This document shows positions 62,055-64,000 of a DNA stretch of 64,000 bases, one piece after another. The translations under genes and the position numbers were made by a program. The stretch is taken from positions 5,277-69,276 of IMG/VR virus record IMGVR_UViG_3300048837_001089, one strand, 5' to 3'. The notes under the pieces were generated by a model. The model was not told the DNA's origin. It worked only from the letters and a program-made list of their open reading frames with translations, and did not search any database. This stretch comes from a virus. Positions within the stretch are counted from its first letter, which is position 1. Every line of letters starts with the position of its first letter.

Positions 62055-62941
62055 TGGCGACCAACATCGAGAAGGGAGAGTGGGTAAAGGGCGTCGCTCA
62101 TTGGCGAGAGCAAGAGACGGCGTTCATTTCGGTTGCCTTCACGTGGCGATTACCTGAAGCACGCAAGATTGCAGAATATTATCGTGCGATCGGCGTCAAG
62201 ACAGTGCGCGTCGGTGGCCCCGGCACATTCACGCAGCGCAAATACACTGCCGAGTTTGCGGATGAAGTCGGGGGCTCGATCCCTGATGCTGTAGCCCGGC
62301 ACAATCCGATGGCGACGCGCGCCAGCTACGGTTGCCCGGTGGGCTGCTGGTTCTGTATCGTACCAAAGATGGACGGCAAGACCTTTACGTTCTTGCCGGA
62401 TTTCCCGGTTCGTCCGGTGCTCTGCGACGATAACCTCTCGGCGCTGCCGGCAGAATATCAGCAACACATTGTCGATCGCTATGTGTCAGCCGGCGTGCCC
62501 CTGCTGGACGCTAACTCCGGTTTTGAGCCCGCTACCTTTGATGATGAGGTGTTTCGGCGCTGGAAGCCGGTTCTTAAAGGTCCGTGGCGGTTCGGCTTCG
62601 ATGAATCGACCGAAGGTGATAACGTTGCACGCGCCTTCCGTGTTCTAAAGGACGTACCCCCGCGCAAGAAGCAAGTCTACACGATGATCGGCCATGAGCC
62701 GTTCGACGTGTGCATGGACCGCATTCAAAAGGTCATCGCAAGCGGCGGCGAACCTTACGCGCAGCCATTCATCAAGCTCAATGCTCTGACTAAAGAGCCT
62801 GCCATTCGACACGACTGGACTGCTGAGAAGCTTCGTCACGTCCAGCGTTGGGTAAACCGCCGCATCTGGCGCTACGCGCCGTTCTCCGAATACGACCCGG
62901 CGGTGAAGACCTCGCGCAAGCAGGAAAGGATTGCGGCTTGA
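62054..62941 (+). CDS. Radical SAM protein
   Basis: GCPVGCWFCIVP (CxxxCxxC), LCDDN, RFGFD. Confidence 0.88.
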   Translation: MATNIEKGEWVKGVAHWREQETAFISVAFTWRLPEARKIAEYYRAIGVKTVRVGGPGTFTQRKYTAEFADEVGGSIPDAVARHNPMATRASYGCPVGCWFCIVPKMDGKTFTFLPDFPVRPVLCDDNLSALPAEYQQHIVDRYVSAGVPLLDANSGFEPATFDDEVFRRWKPVLKGPWRFGFDESTEGDNVARAFRVLKDVPPRKKQVYTMIGHEPFDVCMDRIQKVIASGGEPYAQPFIKLNALTKEPAIRHDWTAEKLRHVQRWVNRRIWRYAPFSEYDPAVKTSRKQERIAA

Positions 62942-63072
62942 TGCCCCAAATTTTGATCGATTGGAACGCGTGGTGGATGTCCTTCTGGATCGAGCATCCT
63001 GCCTTGTTTTGGATTGCCTTAGCAGCCTGCGTCGCGCCAACAGTCGCCTACAATATCTGGAAGCGCCTATGA
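62941..63072 (+). CDS. Small membrane protein
   Basis: TGATG coupling; hydrophobic 43 aa. Confidence 0.5.
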   Translation: MPQILIDWNAWWMSFWIEHPALFWIALAACVAPTVAYNIWKRL

Positions 63073-63114
63073 TGTGCACCCTCCCCTCCGCCCCCGTCTC
63101 TGATGGAGGTGAGC

Positions 63115-63471
63115 ATGGCTGAGAAGCTGACACACACGCTTGGGCCTTGGTTCCTTGAAGGAAATTGGAACCCCGAGGCCGAAGCAGAACTAGGCGGCTG
63201 GGTTTCTTGTTTCCCGCCGGCTGGAATGCCCATTTTCGAACTTACGCCGGTTGTCGGAGGGCGTGAAGAAATTTGCGCCAATGCCCGCCTGATCGCCGCC
63301 GCGCCTGAATTGTTGGAGGCCGTGAAGGACGCACGGTCAATGCTGGAGCATGTCGAGGTAATTGACGGCGAGGACGGCGCCCCTTGGAGCGCGGCGCTGG
63401 CACGTATGGACGCCGCCATCGCCAAGGCTACCGGCCGCGCAGCGCTCAACCAGACAGACGGAGGGGCGTGA
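63115..63471 (+). CDS. Conserved-type phage hypothetical protein
   Basis: HTLGPW...ANARLIAAAPELLEA motif. Confidence 0.8.
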   Translation: MAEKLTHTLGPWFLEGNWNPEAEAELGGWVSCFPPAGMPIFELTPVVGGREEICANARLIAAAPELLEAVKDARSMLEHVEVIDGEDGAPWSAALARMDAAIAKATGRAALNQTDGGA

Positions 63472-63472
63472 G

Positions 63473-63655
63473 ATGGCTCTCGACCGTGACGACCAGAGGC
63501 TAGTCGATGCACTCCGACTTTATGCAAAGCAAACATTCGAGCGCCCGCCATTCCCGTTCGATGATCTGAAATTTACGCTGGAACAAGCCGCCGCAACAAT
63601 TGAGCGTAAGCAGGCGATGGTCGCTTCCACCCTCGCAGGAGGTAGAGATGCGTAA
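63473..63655 (+). CDS. Hypothetical protein
   Basis: RBS; operon position. Confidence 0.55.
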   Translation: MALDRDDQRLVDALRLYAKQTFERPPFPFDDLKFTLEQAAATIERKQAMVASTLAGGRDA

Positions 63656-63917
63656 GCTGCTCGACCATCACAGGCGCGTGCTGCTGGAACTTGACGAGTA
63701 TACGCTGCCAGACGGCGAAAGGTGTTGCCACTTCAAGCCGCTCGCGCGTTGGTGCGAAATGGAAGTCCGCGAAGTGCGCCGGATCACTCGCCATCTCGCG
63801 CGTAAGGGCCTTGCCGAATACCATCGGGCGCTTTTCACCGACGATGGAGACCTTGCCGGGGCGGGATACTGCATCACCCCCGCAGGCCGCGCCAAGCTGG
63901 CGGAGGAGCGGGGATGA
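63648..63917 (+). CDS. Small winged-helix-like protein
   Basis: LARKGLAEY...YCITPAGR. Confidence 0.65.
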   Translation: MRKLLDHHRRVLLELDEYTLPDGERCCHFKPLARWCEMEVREVRRITRHLARKGLAEYHRALFTDDGDLAGAGYCITPAGRAKLAEERG

Positions 63918-64000
63918 TCCGGCTTGTTGTCAGAATAGACGACGCGGCAATGGCTGCTCATGTCGGCGGATCGCCGCAAACGACATACCGCACATTCGAC

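Overview
The window is most of a GC-rich temperate alphaproteobacterial (Rhizobiales-like) phage genome, and phage genes flank an attP-like site on both sides, so it looks like the excised or circular form. In order it holds: xis/integrase and attP; a leftward accessory and nucleotide-metabolism operon; lysis genes; a P2-like contractile tail and baseplate; a lambda-like head and terminase with a probable cos; a tRNA; a replication block (iteron origin, primase, intein-containing helicase, sigma-like factor, Cas4-like nuclease, beta clamp, SSB, Sak4); a CI repressor with six operators; and a rightward early operon. The main finding is at 55563-58144: 15 hairpin-enclosed dual-spacer units (on the transcribed - strand: stem-GGCCA-N9-CGAAACCCA-N9-CGCC-stem) in four sub-arrays around a nuclease-less IS110/Nop-domain gene. 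This resembles a stem-loop TIGR-Tas (TasA-like) RNA-guided system. Four units lie in-frame inside that gene, and the locus is the first thing transcribed from the repressor-controlled left promoter. Other notable signals are ssrA-tag-like ANDN...AA motifs in many proteins, a MotA/MotB-like membrane pair next to a protease, LexA/CtrA/IHF-like sites, and a long structured late leader. All family assignments come from motif recognition by eye; no database searches were run.
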